Assembly: GCA_043803105.1 (NCBI GenBank)
Contig: JAZDKJ010000008.1
Location: forward strand, 1 to 64,000
Origin: Candidatus Woesearchaeota archaeon
GTDB lineage: Archaea > Nanobdellota > Nanobdellia > Woesearchaeales > JAZDKJ01
DNA: 64,000 bases
Direction: 5' to 3'
The position numbers were made by a program, and so were the translations under genes. How positions within the stretch are numbered: the first letter of the stretch is position 1; each line of letters opens with the position of its first letter. This document shows positions 48,801 to 58,516 of the stretch, in pieces. A model generated the notes under the pieces. The model did not search any database. It worked only from the letters and a program-made list of their open reading frames with translations, and was not told where the DNA came from.

Positions 48801-51800
48801 ATCGGGTCTTCAGCATTAGCGAGTTCAGTGACCTTAGCTTCGTCCTCAGCGATGACACAGACATTCTCCTTCAACTCGTTCATGACAGCACAGGCAGAGT
48901 TCCACTCGTTCATGTACTCCTGGCCGCAACACTGCGCATTTGGAGGATGAAGCCCAGAACATGAAACCTGGTCAGGGCCTGTGGCGGCAGTCTGCATCTT
49001 CTTGTAATCAGCATAAATCTTCTGGGCTTGGGCTGTGTTTAGGGTGAACTTTTTTGAAATGGAGCTAACCGCGGTTGTTGTTTGACCCATGGCAGCCCTC
49101 AAAGCATTCTCATCCTTGTAAAGGCCTGAGGGTGTCCAACCAGTTGTGCCGTCCACTGTACCATCATTCCAAACTTCAACATTGTTGCCTGTAACCTTGT
49201 ATCTTCTGGAGCCGCCAGCGTCAGCAACGACATACTCGGCCTTGTTCTTGACATCTGCAGGGGTTTTTGGCGACTCAACCCATTTGCCTGAGTTATCCTG
49301 GGAATATGCCTTGTCATTTTCAATCTTATATTTGGTGTAGCCTTCATAGCCGCTAGAAATTGAGTATTCATTGGCATCAAGGCTCATCCCGTTAGCGGTG
49401 CTGGCGACAGCAGCGCAATCACTGCCTTTCTTGAATGTAGTTCCTGGAATAGTCCTCACAGGGTTTTGCGCTATTTTGGTGCGGATATACATCTCCAGAG
49501 TCGGGACGCTCGGGCAGAAAATCCTGTCGCAGATCCAGCGCATGTAGACCTCAAAGTTGAGGCGCTTCTGGATAGCGTCCCTGCATTTGACGCACTGGTT
49601 GTTCAGCTCAGTCTTTGGCTTGTCTCCCTGTATAGGATAGACCTGGTCACACTTGTTTATCTGGGCAACATCCTTGTCAAAACGATCAGCAGGACTTAAC
49701 TTAGCGACTGCATTGACTGTGCTTATGGCGCTCGCAAACTGGCAGCTCCAACCCTCTTGCAGCCAGAAATAAAAGTCAATAACCCAGGAAGCAGCACAGC
49801 CGTAAAAAACATATTCCTTGATCGTGTTAAGAGGTTTTAGGACAGCATCGATAATGGTGATTGTGGCATTCAGGACATCAATGGAGGCCTTCAAGAAAGC
49901 CTCAGGGATCATGTTGCTAGGTATGCGCCTGTCAATAGTGACCATAACATCAAAACAATGCCTCTGCTGGAGCGTGTAGTTGTAATTCGGAAGCTCAAAG
50001 TCAACGACAAGCATCAAAGGCACCTTTACGCAGCCCAGGCCAGGCACACCGCACTGGCCTATACGGTGATTGCTAAGGTTTGCTTCCTTGTCAAGCATGG
50101 TCATGTTCTTGCCGTGCGAAGGATCCTGGGGCAAGACCTTAAGCATAACATAACCCTGCCTCTTGTTTGTGCTTTTGACAATGTCAGAAATTACCCAGCT
50201 CTTATCCCAGTCCTTTTCCTCTGCAGCGCTCAGGGGCCTATTACGCAAATAGATATCGCGGATAGTGCCATTATTCCAACCGCCCTGCCAGGAGATGTTG
50301 ACAGAAAGCCCTATCATATCCATTCCCTCAATCATCAACCTGGGAGTTAGCATGTTGGGAGTGGGCTTGGAAATGTCGACCTTCCACCAGCTGCCAAGCC
50401 CGCATTGGGCAAGGATAACTGAGCTTTTCTTCTCATCCTTCAATCCTGCATCATCAATCGCGACAATCCTTACATCATTCCTCCAAGCGTCAGCAACCTT
50501 GATTTCCATAGCAGAGACTGGAAGGTTGCGATTCGTGGTTGAGTCAAAATGGTCAACCGCAACATCACGCCTAAGCTTGACATCAACCTTGAAATTACCC
50601 TTGTCATCAGTCTTGGTCATTGAAGATGGGCTGGTGTCATTGTTGATAAAGACAGCAATAGTGGCTTTTTCACTTACCTTGCCTATCAAGGTAACATCAG
50701 GAATGTAGGTCGGAGAGATCATGCCCAGATTGTCCTCAAGAATCTTAGGCGCTTGTGTGTCAAAGAGCGTCTGGTTCTCGAAAACAGCAACATTGCCTGC
50801 GCGGTCTCTTGCTTCAATCTTCAGATTATTTATGCCCTGTGATAATGTCACTGACTCTGAAAAATCACCGCTCAGGTTAATGCTCTTTTCAAAAATGTGC
50901 TGCTTGCAGGAAAGATTCACCTCGCTTGGAGTCTTGTTGTATACAGACCCGCCAGCCATGGTGCGTACAACAAGGTCCTTGGACTTGAGGCCTTCATTGC
51001 AATTGGTATCCACCGCAGCAACATTATAGGTATAGGCCTTGCCTGAATCAATAGTGGCGCCAACATCAACAAACACAGTCTCTTTGGTTGTGGTGATACG
51101 CTTTTGGTTCCTGAAAACAGAATACATCAGGAGATCCTCTTCCTTGTTCTTGCTCCAGACAAGCTTGACAGAATTCGTAGCAAGCGAACCATTAGTCAAG
51201 CCACTAACCTGGCTAGGAGCAAGAAGGTCTTTAGCAGAAGAGACAGTAAAAGTGATGGCAGAAAGCTCATTGACAGAGCCGTCAATCTGCATGGATTGTT
51301 GTGTTGCAACCCTGGAGACATTCTTTATTGTGAGCACAGGCGGGTTAGAGTCAAGAGTCACCTTATACTCCTTGACAGCAACATTGCCGACAAGATCCTT
51401 TGCTTCCAGGCGAACCAGGTTAGTCTGGTCAGAGAGCTCCAGGCCAATCACCTTGAAGCTGCCTGCAGAATCAGCCTTTGCCCAACGCTGGAGCTGATTG
51501 TTGACAAAAACGTTAACGTCTGCCAATGGGTCAGTCTTGCCAGAAAAGGTCAGCAGGCGGTTGTTAAAGAACTCTGGGATTGAGGCTTCAATTGAAGGAG
51601 GCGTAAGGTCAGCGCCTGCGATAAAGGTTCTAGCAGAAGAATTTATGCAATTCTTGTGTGTGTCACACATGCCGACCTTAAAATAATAAATTGTTCCATT
51701 TGAAACAGCAAGGGTGAGGGAATGCTGCTTTGCCAGATTACCATCATTTGCCATGAACCCGAAGCCTTGGGTGGTGCCGTAGAAAACAGCACTTGTTGAA

Positions 51801-52249
51801 GGCTCATCAGTTGCCCATTCCACAACAGCCTGTGCATCAGACGGAAGTTTCAAGGTAATGTTTGAGGCGAGCCTTGGCGGAACCCTATCAGGGGCTTGGG
51901 TTGTTTTCAGGCTAAAAGGATTTCCTGCATTCCTTGTGGTAATGGAAAAACCAGAGGCATTTGTCGAAACAAGCTCGTAAAAATACTGAGTGCTGTTCTG
52001 CAAGCCTTTGATGATGACAGTATGCTTCTTCAGAAGCGAGCTGTTTTCAGCTGACTGATCAAGATTTGTCGATGTTAGGCCAAAATTCACTTTTGCTGCA
52101 GCAGGCTCGGTAGTTGTCCATGCAATGGTGGCGTTGTTGTAAGAGATTACAGGCCTTGCATCATAAGAGACCTCAAGCCTTGCCAGGGCAAATGGGAAAA
52201 GTATCATAAGCTCTGCGATCCACAATGCCATCAGCTGGTTCATCCTCAT
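45842..52249 (-). CDS. Giant secreted protein (2135 aa): FN3/Ig-like repeats plus Cys-rich helical domain
   Basis: Signal peptide; WTTTEP/WATDEP FN3-like units; EAKDLVGN/EARDRAGN Ig motifs; many Cys. Confidence 0.85.
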   Translation of the reverse strand: MRMNQLMALWIAELMILFPFALARLEVSYDARPVISYNNATIAWTTTEPAAAKVNFGLTSTNLDQSAENSSLLKKHTVIIKGLQNSTQYFYELVSTNASGFSITTRNAGNPFSLKTTQAPDRVPPRLASNITLKLPSDAQAVVEWATDEPSTSAVFYGTTQGFGFMANDGNLAKQHSLTLAVSNGTIYYFKVGMCDTHKNCINSSARTFIAGADLTPPSIEASIPEFFNNRLLTFSGKTDPLADVNVFVNNQLQRWAKADSAGSFKVIGLELSDQTNLVRLEAKDLVGNVAVKEYKVTLDSNPPVLTIKNVSRVATQQSMQIDGSVNELSAITFTVSSAKDLLAPSQVSGLTNGSLATNSVKLVWSKNKEEDLLMYSVFRNQKRITTTKETVFVDVGATIDSGKAYTYNVAAVDTNCNEGLKSKDLVVRTMAGGSVYNKTPSEVNLSCKQHIFEKSINLSGDFSESVTLSQGINNLKIEARDRAGNVAVFENQTLFDTQAPKILEDNLGMISPTYIPDVTLIGKVSEKATIAVFINNDTSPSSMTKTDDKGNFKVDVKLRRDVAVDHFDSTTNRNLPVSAMEIKVADAWRNDVRIVAIDDAGLKDEKKSSVILAQCGLGSWWKVDISKPTPNMLTPRLMIEGMDMIGLSVNISWQGGWNNGTIRDIYLRNRPLSAAEEKDWDKSWVISDIVKSTNKRQGYVMLKVLPQDPSHGKNMTMLDKEANLSNHRIGQCGVPGLGCVKVPLMLVVDFELPNYNYTLQQRHCFDVMVTIDRRIPSNMIPEAFLKASIDVLNATITIIDAVLKPLNTIKEYVFYGCAASWVIDFYFWLQEGWSCQFASAISTVNAVAKLSPADRFDKDVAQINKCDQVYPIQGDKPKTELNNQCVKCRDAIQKRLNFEVYMRWICDRIFCPSVPTLEMYIRTKIAQNPVRTIPGTTFKKGSDCAAVASTANGMSLDANEYSISSGYEGYTKYKIENDKAYSQDNSGKWVESPKTPADVKNKAEYVVADAGGSRRYKVTGNNVEVWNDGTVDGTTGWTPSGLYKDENALRAAMGQTTTAVSSISKKFTLNTAQAQKIYADYKKMQTAATGPDQVSCSGLHPPNAQCCGQEYMNEWNSACAVMNELKENVCVIAEDEAKVTELANAEDPIKCQVTWNKVAGICSPAGQVQADIIDSGVKYKGRLTSGNTDTVSNQCLYDQLNLREDYDTIYYRILPPNKLTGNTDYQVHRGYMLTTKRVAELTNKNSKATDDTPITKENAFRIGNLDPDVTAYFSVPSKEIQRQGSIKRCSLDQWCSSFWKDLEKCGTISETQALDLYNRIQEKLGHKEREYIVEPTSGFLRSIQCACIAAVTGYLTLYKNMLTAIKNCFQTILVTGDGSSGTCRAVLTVYVCDFIYDLISCVTEKYSLSGQRSASGGSIGNFFGALTSAGEGVQRSVAGRYGNSALWQSMFADKKLVHSVCLFAFTGTWDLDVSGLLNQQFSAPIKSEGFLYPCERRFMSFNPVSNPSGLTTWNYHFGVGLVAGAELNNIRLRLICSDGFTCSSSDGFENGRCDCPGKPQEITIEGLPNHLLPGEMIFDQGDIYKTKQDLQVRYDTAILEWTYIDNNKKTVIDKSTCKIGQVGGKPPAICKWDVGSLMYRCSVGVGTENWAMFKNKPAPEYPYGADAFRVGSMMQFSVDIQQQIPDAANCQGLNCQSCSGQNNCEYTKYLKVWIENQNGRDIFQYPDYIFLNSKGRYTDSIKLREIKADDFTGASSTKPVVSTGTGANPNDVVTEGDIIAANIDKTLFPFYILFSKDGDTVMYQICGDSACSSNQQRGSRAKFENMIVETAGVRIRFRTNTPSAANTKGWYVVSYQSASTADACSASSGKQTWKAHFQILDATQAGASWIPSTQVTVYNSVKQEQVIPFNAQCGEGALSAGRCTDPSTKANQFDCYCETTAIVSTTPRDCKEGKYCVDKKCVDTVGCVNDGKTILTDYCVCNGLAYSQNDPKGVCSPNQYCCGDECKDEPCTTASAVTTGSQVDTKAPEILKVVFTAVNTGQSVTVDKTTNFKGNLLSDVTYAVNIFVQEDKSLKTIYFGTSDIPVTPPSAATPSVYQGSTIYSCGDYARVYAEDEAKNVVDQNLEITCVSPKY

Positions 52250-54183
52250 TTTAGTTCTGGCTTAAGCTTGTCCTTATAATTACCCTCAAACAGATAAGAG
52301 GCCATATTTAGCTTTTGCTCTTCAGTGACAGGGGAGGGCCGATAATCCACAACATGCAAAGTAACAGACTCTGCCTGGGCAACCTCTGAAATAGAGAGAT
52401 GGAAATTATTATTTGTGTAACCGCCGACATGATCATTATTGTGCAGGAAGACAATGTCAAGGGAATAATCAGCATTGTCCTCAACAAAACCAAGGCTTAC
52501 TGTTAAGTTCTGGAACTGAGCAAATTGCCTAAATGAATTGTTGAGAAGATCCAAGGCAATAACGACCTTCTCATCAGACGCGAGAGGCTCTGCTTCACCT
52601 AAGGTTTTAGAGGATTCCTGGTAGACGTGCTTGACCACATTAAGGTTCAACTGCTTAATTTTTTTCATAGGTACGTTTACTGCAGGCGCAAGAACCTGCT
52701 GCCTGGCAGGCAGATAGCCAGTCTTGTTAGCGATAATGTAGGGGTTTGTGCAACCTGACGGCAGATAAGCATTAAGACGATAATGACCAGAGTCAGCCTT
52801 TGTCTTTCCAAGAGAACAATGGTAATTAAGACACTCGTAGGAAATATCAACGTCAGGGATTTCCATGTCAGTGTAACCCTCAAAAGTGCCGAATGCTGTA
52901 AAGGAATACTGGTCCTCGCCTCTAGATTGGCAAAAGCCCTGGCCTCTTGAAGGAGTCTCAAACACCATGGCTCCGCGATCAGCCCTATCAGGCTTGTTCT
53001 GATGGATGGTAACAGGGAAAGCGAATGCAAAAAGATAACCAGTACCTCCGAAGGCAGAGTCATCCCTTACCCAGACCTCAACAGGATAGGTAATATCATA
53101 AGTGAAATGGTAGATGTTGACGCACAAGAACTGAAGATACTGGCCCTGGCCTTCAACAAGAGAGGACTTAAGCACCCCATCGGCCGAAGGATAACCCATC
53201 AAATCCATCCCATACTGTGGCTTGTAGATAAATTTAGCCTTTAGCGATGGGTCAGAGCTGCCGACATCAAGGAGAAAATGATTGAACTCATAAGCATCTG
53301 CAGGAGGATTTGTTGCCGGAAGATTGCCTTCGTTGATGTCTTTCATCGTATACTTCTTGAATTTCTCATAAACACTCTTTGGCTGGTCAAAGGCTGCAAA
53401 ATCAGTATTGTCGATCCTGATTCTTGGAATATTATAGAACAGTGTGGATTGCAGTTCAGACTTTATGCCTGCAATCGGCCATTCCAGTGAACCGCACTGA
53501 AACTCCATTCCGGTAAAAGGAATTGTTGGGTCAGCAGCCATAAGGTCGATGGTAATATTCTCAAGGTACTTGCGGTTGTTCTCAGCGTCCATGATATCTG
53601 TGGCAAGCTTATAGACAGACTTCAACTTCACAGGCAAATCTGCAGTGAAATTAGCCATACGAACAACCTTTTCGAGCTTAAGATAATGAATCTCAACAGG
53701 ATAATTGACATTCACAGAGACTGACTTGTCCTGCAAGGCAGCTGTTGCGATAGGGGGCCCTGTCCTGATGTCAAACTCCTTACTAAATACCTTGAAGTCG
53801 CAAGAAGGAAGGTTTTGCTCAACATACCTTGCTATCTGATATCTTAGGTAGTTCTCGTTAGGAATACGGGCCTGGCCGCGATAATACCAGTAAGGGCGAA
53901 TGACAAGGCCAAATGGGTCAACAGAGATGTAGCTTGCAGGATTTCGGCCAATATCAGGCGGGATTTCAATAAAACCTGACTGAAGCCCAAGCTTTACAAC
54001 AGCATCCTTTGCTAAATCATAAACACACTGGTCAATGTATTGGCGAATGGGCATCACTTCTTCAGGAATGATGACATCGGGCTCGAACTTTGTCTGGGCA
54101 TTCTGCAAAATGAAAAAAAGCGAAAAGGCAAGAAGCATAGCAAGGCCCAAGATGATAAAGACAGTAAGTTGACCTCTTTTCAT
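52246..54183 (-). CDS. Large pilin-like protein with class III signal peptide
   Basis: MKRG|QLTVFIILGLAMLL; paralogous to 62145-64000. Confidence 0.8.
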   Translation of the reverse strand: MKRGQLTVFIILGLAMLLAFSLFFILQNAQTKFEPDVIIPEEVMPIRQYIDQCVYDLAKDAVVKLGLQSGFIEIPPDIGRNPASYISVDPFGLVIRPYWYYRGQARIPNENYLRYQIARYVEQNLPSCDFKVFSKEFDIRTGPPIATAALQDKSVSVNVNYPVEIHYLKLEKVVRMANFTADLPVKLKSVYKLATDIMDAENNRKYLENITIDLMAADPTIPFTGMEFQCGSLEWPIAGIKSELQSTLFYNIPRIRIDNTDFAAFDQPKSVYEKFKKYTMKDINEGNLPATNPPADAYEFNHFLLDVGSSDPSLKAKFIYKPQYGMDLMGYPSADGVLKSSLVEGQGQYLQFLCVNIYHFTYDITYPVEVWVRDDSAFGGTGYLFAFAFPVTIHQNKPDRADRGAMVFETPSRGQGFCQSRGEDQYSFTAFGTFEGYTDMEIPDVDISYECLNYHCSLGKTKADSGHYRLNAYLPSGCTNPYIIANKTGYLPARQQVLAPAVNVPMKKIKQLNLNVVKHVYQESSKTLGEAEPLASDEKVVIALDLLNNSFRQFAQFQNLTVSLGFVEDNADYSLDIVFLHNNDHVGGYTNNNFHLSISEVAQAESVTLHVVDYRPSPVTEEQKLNMASYLFEGNYKDKLKPELK

Positions 54184-54198
54184 AACACCCTCTTTTTT

Positions 54199-54954
54199 TT
54201 ATATCAGTTTAGCAAAATAGATCCTGGCTGAAGCAAAGTACATCAAGCTGACAATGACAAAAAAGACTGTATCAAGACCGTAAGCTGGAAGGATTTTGAA
54301 GATCCAGCCGAACTGCATGACAACAATGTACGCTAAAATAATTAGGAGATAAGGGATGACAAAGCGATGAATCCTCCAACCCCTTGATATTGTGGTGGAG
54401 AGCGCCTGCCTTACCTTCTGGGTTCGTGTGAAATCGACAGCAAGCACCAGAGTGAAGTGCACCATAAGCCCAAAAACAACCAGGATGACAAAGGTTCCAA
54501 CACCAGGCTTTAATGCAAGAGCCAAAGCAACAAGCAAGAGAGTCCATGCAAAAAACCAGCAGAGATTAAGCAAGGAAAAACGCTTAAAGTAAGTCCAACT
54601 GAACCTCTTGCGCAAAACAGTCGACCAGACAAGGCCCTGGAACAATGAATAGACCAAAGCGAAAACCACAAAAAGAGCAATAGCTGAAATCAATGCGATT
54701 ATGAGAAAATTTGTCATCGACTGCACTGCAACATTAACCATAGCTTCATTAGTTACATCAAATGAAGGAGGATTGAACTGGACTTTTGCGTCCTGCCAGG
54801 CAATAAGCCTGGTCCAGCCAAGATAACAAAAAAGAGAGACAGCCCAAAAAGCAAGGTCGTGGACGGCTATTAAGAAAATCCTCTTGTCGATGTCAAGCAA
54901 ACCTTTTCTTAAGTTCTTGAAAAATTGCTGGAAATATTGCTTTAGTCGGTTCAT
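54199..54954 (-). CDS. Polytopic membrane protein (paralog of 45030-45863)
   Basis: About 6 TMs, shared FQGLVW motif. Confidence 0.75.
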   Translation of the reverse strand: MNRLKQYFQQFFKNLRKGLLDIDKRIFLIAVHDLAFWAVSLFCYLGWTRLIAWQDAKVQFNPPSFDVTNEAMVNVAVQSMTNFLIIALISAIALFVVFALVYSLFQGLVWSTVLRKRFSWTYFKRFSLLNLCWFFAWTLLLVALALALKPGVGTFVILVVFGLMVHFTLVLAVDFTRTQKVRQALSTTISRGWRIHRFVIPYLLIILAYIVVMQFGWIFKILPAYGLDTVFFVIVSLMYFASARIYFAKLI

Positions 54955-57887
54955 ATAGTATTCACTTCCGCTTTCTTTGAGGTAGAGGATGTTGCTGCAG
55001 CCTGGGCTTGGGGGACATAGCCTGTTGGAGAACCCTTGAATTCAGTGATAATATTACAGACCTCACTAGTCTCTACACCGTCTGCGCTGAATACAGGCTC
55101 CTTAAATTGTATGCAAATCTGTTTGTAGAGGTTGTTAGAGAACTGGACAATCATCGCGCTTCCAGTCTTGGAAAATGTCTTGCCTGGCTGCACATTAATG
55201 TCCTGCTTGAACAAAGTGGTTTGCTTTCCAGGGCCAATCAATACAACATTGAAATTCATCTCCTGCACAACGCTCTGGCCGCTCTTAGAAGGCTTTTCCG
55301 GGTTCTTGACAAAAAGGCTGATCTTGTAGAAAAACTGCTGCTGATAGCCAGAGGCATTAGTGAATTCTATAAGTTGGCGGTCTGCCTCAACATGAGCACC
55401 GATGCCGACCATGTTTGCTCCGTCAGGGATAGTGATATACATGGTGCCTTCAGGAGGCCTTGAAATATAGTGCTGGCAAGCAGTCTCTTCCCAATTGCCG
55501 CTTATGACCTGGCCCAAGACGCTGTAAACAAAGAACTGGTCAGTAGCCCTTCTCCAAGCGCTGTCTTCCATGCCGAGCAAAATGGATAGAGCCCTTCCAC
55601 CCTGAGCAGCCTGATAGACCTGGTTTATTGAGGTGCCGATCATCTGGTTATTGACAAATTGGCTGTAGGTATACTTGTCGCCATTCTGCATAGTGACATA
55701 CCATTGGCCGTTATCGCTTTGGGTGTAAGGCCTGAATTCACCATCGGGACCTTTTATTTGCATTGAGTCAAAAATATCGGTCTCGCCAGGCATTGGCTTT
55801 GCCTCAACCTTCTGATTGTTGATTACGGTAAAGTATTGTCCGCTTTTTGTTTCCAAAACATACAGACCCAAGTAATCATTATAGTAGCTGTTTTTCTCGA
55901 CAAAATCACTCCCCAGATTAATCCATCCTTTATCTTTATCCGCACCTTTAGGGAGGTACTGTGCTGTATAAGTTTCGCTTGTCGCTGAGGCTTTTGCAAG
56001 GTATATAACATCTCCATTGTCACTTGCCCATTCATAATTGCCGTCATAACCAGAGCGTTTCCAGGTGTTTGCGGTGGAATCATAAGACAAGCCGAGCTGG
56101 CTGACGACTGTTTGCTGGTCAGTAGTTAGTGCCAGTGGTGTAGAAGCTTCGACCAAGGCCTTTGCCTTTGCGTCAAAAGCTGCTTTGTCCATGAAAGAGT
56201 TCTTGATATCATTATAATTGGTTCCAGTATATTTTTCTGCTTCCAAAACACCCAAAATATTTCCTTGATTGTCGGTCTTGAGCACTGAACCATCATCAAA
56301 GATCTGATATCTCACATTTGGCTCATCCGCCCTAGTGTAATAAATTCCATCGCTAGATGCGGTAAAGCCATCAAAAGCGTAGGCAGAGGCTTGAGGTTGG
56401 GCTGCTGCTCCTGGCTGAAACGAATTGAGCAAAGCAGAATTCCCTGTTGCATCCTTCACATAGATATTGCCTTTTGAGTCAACAGAATCCACCTGAAGCC
56501 AGCCTTTATCGGTAAGAACATAGCCAGCCTCATTTTCCTGCGAATACTGGTATGTCTTACCATTCAAAAACAAGGATGTTTGGCCATTTTGTGTGATAAT
56601 CGTGCCGGTTCCCATAACATAAACTTCTACCGGGCCTGCGGTTTGTATTTCGTTACCCTGTCCGTCGAGAAAGTGAAATACTCCATCCGAGCCTGCATAA
56701 AATTTTTCTGTTCCTTGTGGAGAAACAACCCCTGGTGGGAGAGAAGGTGTCGGCAATGGCACATAAGTGCTTATTGTTCCGGGAAAGGCTGCTTTCAGCT
56801 GATCTTCAGTTTGATAGGCAGATTTGTGCCATTGACCGTTGATGTCCTTCCAGAACAACAGAGTAGTTCCTGTCTTGTCAGTCCCTTTACCATACTCAGT
56901 AGGTGGTGAACTTTTGTAAGAGCTTGTACCCCAGTCAACAATGAAAGCTGCTGTGGCTGGGGGATTGTACTGACTTTGCCAACCTTGCAAGGCAAATGCA
57001 TCCTGGTCATAAGCTTTCAACATTTTTCCTGTTTTGTCATCCTTATATTGATATTCCCAATGTTGTCCGTTGAATGTATAACTGCCCCAGGTTGTACCCA
57101 CATCCGGAACCAACTGGCCTGAAGTTCCGCTTGTTGATTGTGAGGGCGCAGTGTCAAGCCCTGAATTCGTTGCCCTTGAACTAACCAAAAGTTTGGCCAG
57201 GTCGGGTGCAACGTTAGGATAGATACCGGCAGCATCCATTTTGTTGATTGCATCTGGATTCGCCGGGTTTTTCTGATTGTAACTGAACAGGACTTCTGCA
57301 AATTTTTTATCTTCGCCTGCCTGTCTAAACTGAGTGGTGTCAATAATTTCTGCAACTTTTTGCGCTCCAGCATCAATGTTGTATTGTGCCTGCTTGAGCT
57401 GCTCCACTGAGTAGCCTCCATTGCTTCCTGAGTCTTTAGAGTAGATCTGCAAGAAACCGATCTCACTGTTCCCATTAAGCGGCTTATTCACTCCATTTGA
57501 TTCAACAATAATAAGGCGTTCCAAAAAAAGTTGGTCCTTGTATGGTTGCAAGGTATAGTAATTCTGGTACGCCTTTTGGACAGCCTCTTTCAAACCCGGA
57601 TTATTTGCGTACATACTTTCAATCCGGGAAAGAATCTTCTGATTATTGTAAGGAGTATTTCCAGTGACCTTGAGCATCAGACCTGTTGGAACATTTGCTT
57701 CGTCCGACAGCCGGACATTATTTTGGTCGAAGTACATAGCCCCAAGGCTCAAAATAAAGAACGCCAAGACAAACAAGGCAGCTTTCTGCTGGGTGGGGTG
57801 CTCTCTCTGGATGGATCTCTTCACATCGAGCTTGGCTGATTTCACTAGGTCAAGGAGGAACATTGATCGCTTTGGGATCTTTTTCAT
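54951..57887 (-). CDS. Membrane-anchored surface protein with SLT/lysozyme-like transglycosylase domain
   Basis: N-terminal TM; IIVES, GFLQI, YNIDAG and SYN motifs in SLT order and spacing. Confidence 0.7.
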   Translation of the reverse strand: MKKIPKRSMFLLDLVKSAKLDVKRSIQREHPTQQKAALFVLAFFILSLGAMYFDQNNVRLSDEANVPTGLMLKVTGNTPYNNQKILSRIESMYANNPGLKEAVQKAYQNYYTLQPYKDQLFLERLIIVESNGVNKPLNGNSEIGFLQIYSKDSGSNGGYSVEQLKQAQYNIDAGAQKVAEIIDTTQFRQAGEDKKFAEVLFSYNQKNPANPDAINKMDAAGIYPNVAPDLAKLLVSSRATNSGLDTAPSQSTSGTSGQLVPDVGTTWGSYTFNGQHWEYQYKDDKTGKMLKAYDQDAFALQGWQSQYNPPATAAFIVDWGTSSYKSSPPTEYGKGTDKTGTTLLFWKDINGQWHKSAYQTEDQLKAAFPGTISTYVPLPTPSLPPGVVSPQGTEKFYAGSDGVFHFLDGQGNEIQTAGPVEVYVMGTGTIITQNGQTSLFLNGKTYQYSQENEAGYVLTDKGWLQVDSVDSKGNIYVKDATGNSALLNSFQPGAAAQPQASAYAFDGFTASSDGIYYTRADEPNVRYQIFDDGSVLKTDNQGNILGVLEAEKYTGTNYNDIKNSFMDKAAFDAKAKALVEASTPLALTTDQQTVVSQLGLSYDSTANTWKRSGYDGNYEWASDNGDVIYLAKASATSETYTAQYLPKGADKDKGWINLGSDFVEKNSYYNDYLGLYVLETKSGQYFTVINNQKVEAKPMPGETDIFDSMQIKGPDGEFRPYTQSDNGQWYVTMQNGDKYTYSQFVNNQMIGTSINQVYQAAQGGRALSILLGMEDSAWRRATDQFFVYSVLGQVISGNWEETACQHYISRPPEGTMYITIPDGANMVGIGAHVEADRQLIEFTNASGYQQQFFYKISLFVKNPEKPSKSGQSVVQEMNFNVVLIGPGKQTTLFKQDINVQPGKTFSKTGSAMIVQFSNNLYKQICIQFKEPVFSADGVETSEVCNIITEFKGSPTGYVPQAQAAATSSTSKKAEVNTI

Positions 57888-58516
57888 TTGTTCACCTTGA
57901 AGACTGCAGGCATCCAGATGTCTTTTTTTCTGTATTTCACATTCTGGCTTTTAAACAAGTCTTCAAAAGGCTTCAATTTTTCGTAAGGAACAATAATGGA
58001 AGATGGGCCTATTCTTTCTGCGTGCAAAACCCTAACCAGACCTTGCGACCGAGAAATATAGGTTTTTCCCTTGTAACGCTTTTGGGAAATATACCCCTCA
58101 AGTGCTCTGGCTAATCTGTCTCTTTTGCTCTTGTCAGGTCCAAAATTAAAATTAATTATTATGAAGGGTTCCAGCAGAAGTTTTTCTGCCCTTACAGTCG
58201 GAATATTGCCATAGATGACAATGCCCTCCTTAAGAATAGTTTCAACGAAATTTCTGTCCAAACCTTCAAAGTTTTTCTTGGAAAAAACCATCTGAACAGT
58301 CTTTTCATATTTTGCTCCCAAATCCTGAGAAATACTGAACATCTTTTTCTCGTCACTTGAACCAATTTTATCAAGTAATACCAGTACATCGATGTCAGAC
58401 CTTTTATCTGCGTCTCCCCTGGCAACACTTCCAAACACTACAACAGCCCTGATACTATCAAAATCGCTTGCCTTTTTTGCTAATTCAAACACCAAATCTC
58501 TAAATTCCTTCTGCAT
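57884..58516 (-). CDS. MNT nucleotidyltransferase antitoxin with extra C-terminal domain
   Basis: VFGSVARGDADKRSDIDVLV; ATG at 58516 (MQKEF). Confidence 0.85.
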   Translation of the reverse strand: MQKEFRDLVFELAKKASDFDSIRAVVVFGSVARGDADKRSDIDVLVLLDKIGSSDEKKMFSISQDLGAKYEKTVQMVFSKKNFEGLDRNFVETILKEGIVIYGNIPTVRAEKLLLEPFIIINFNFGPDKSKRDRLARALEGYISQKRYKGKTYISRSQGLVRVLHAERIGPSSIIVPYEKLKPFEDLFKSQNVKYRKKDIWMPAVFKVNK

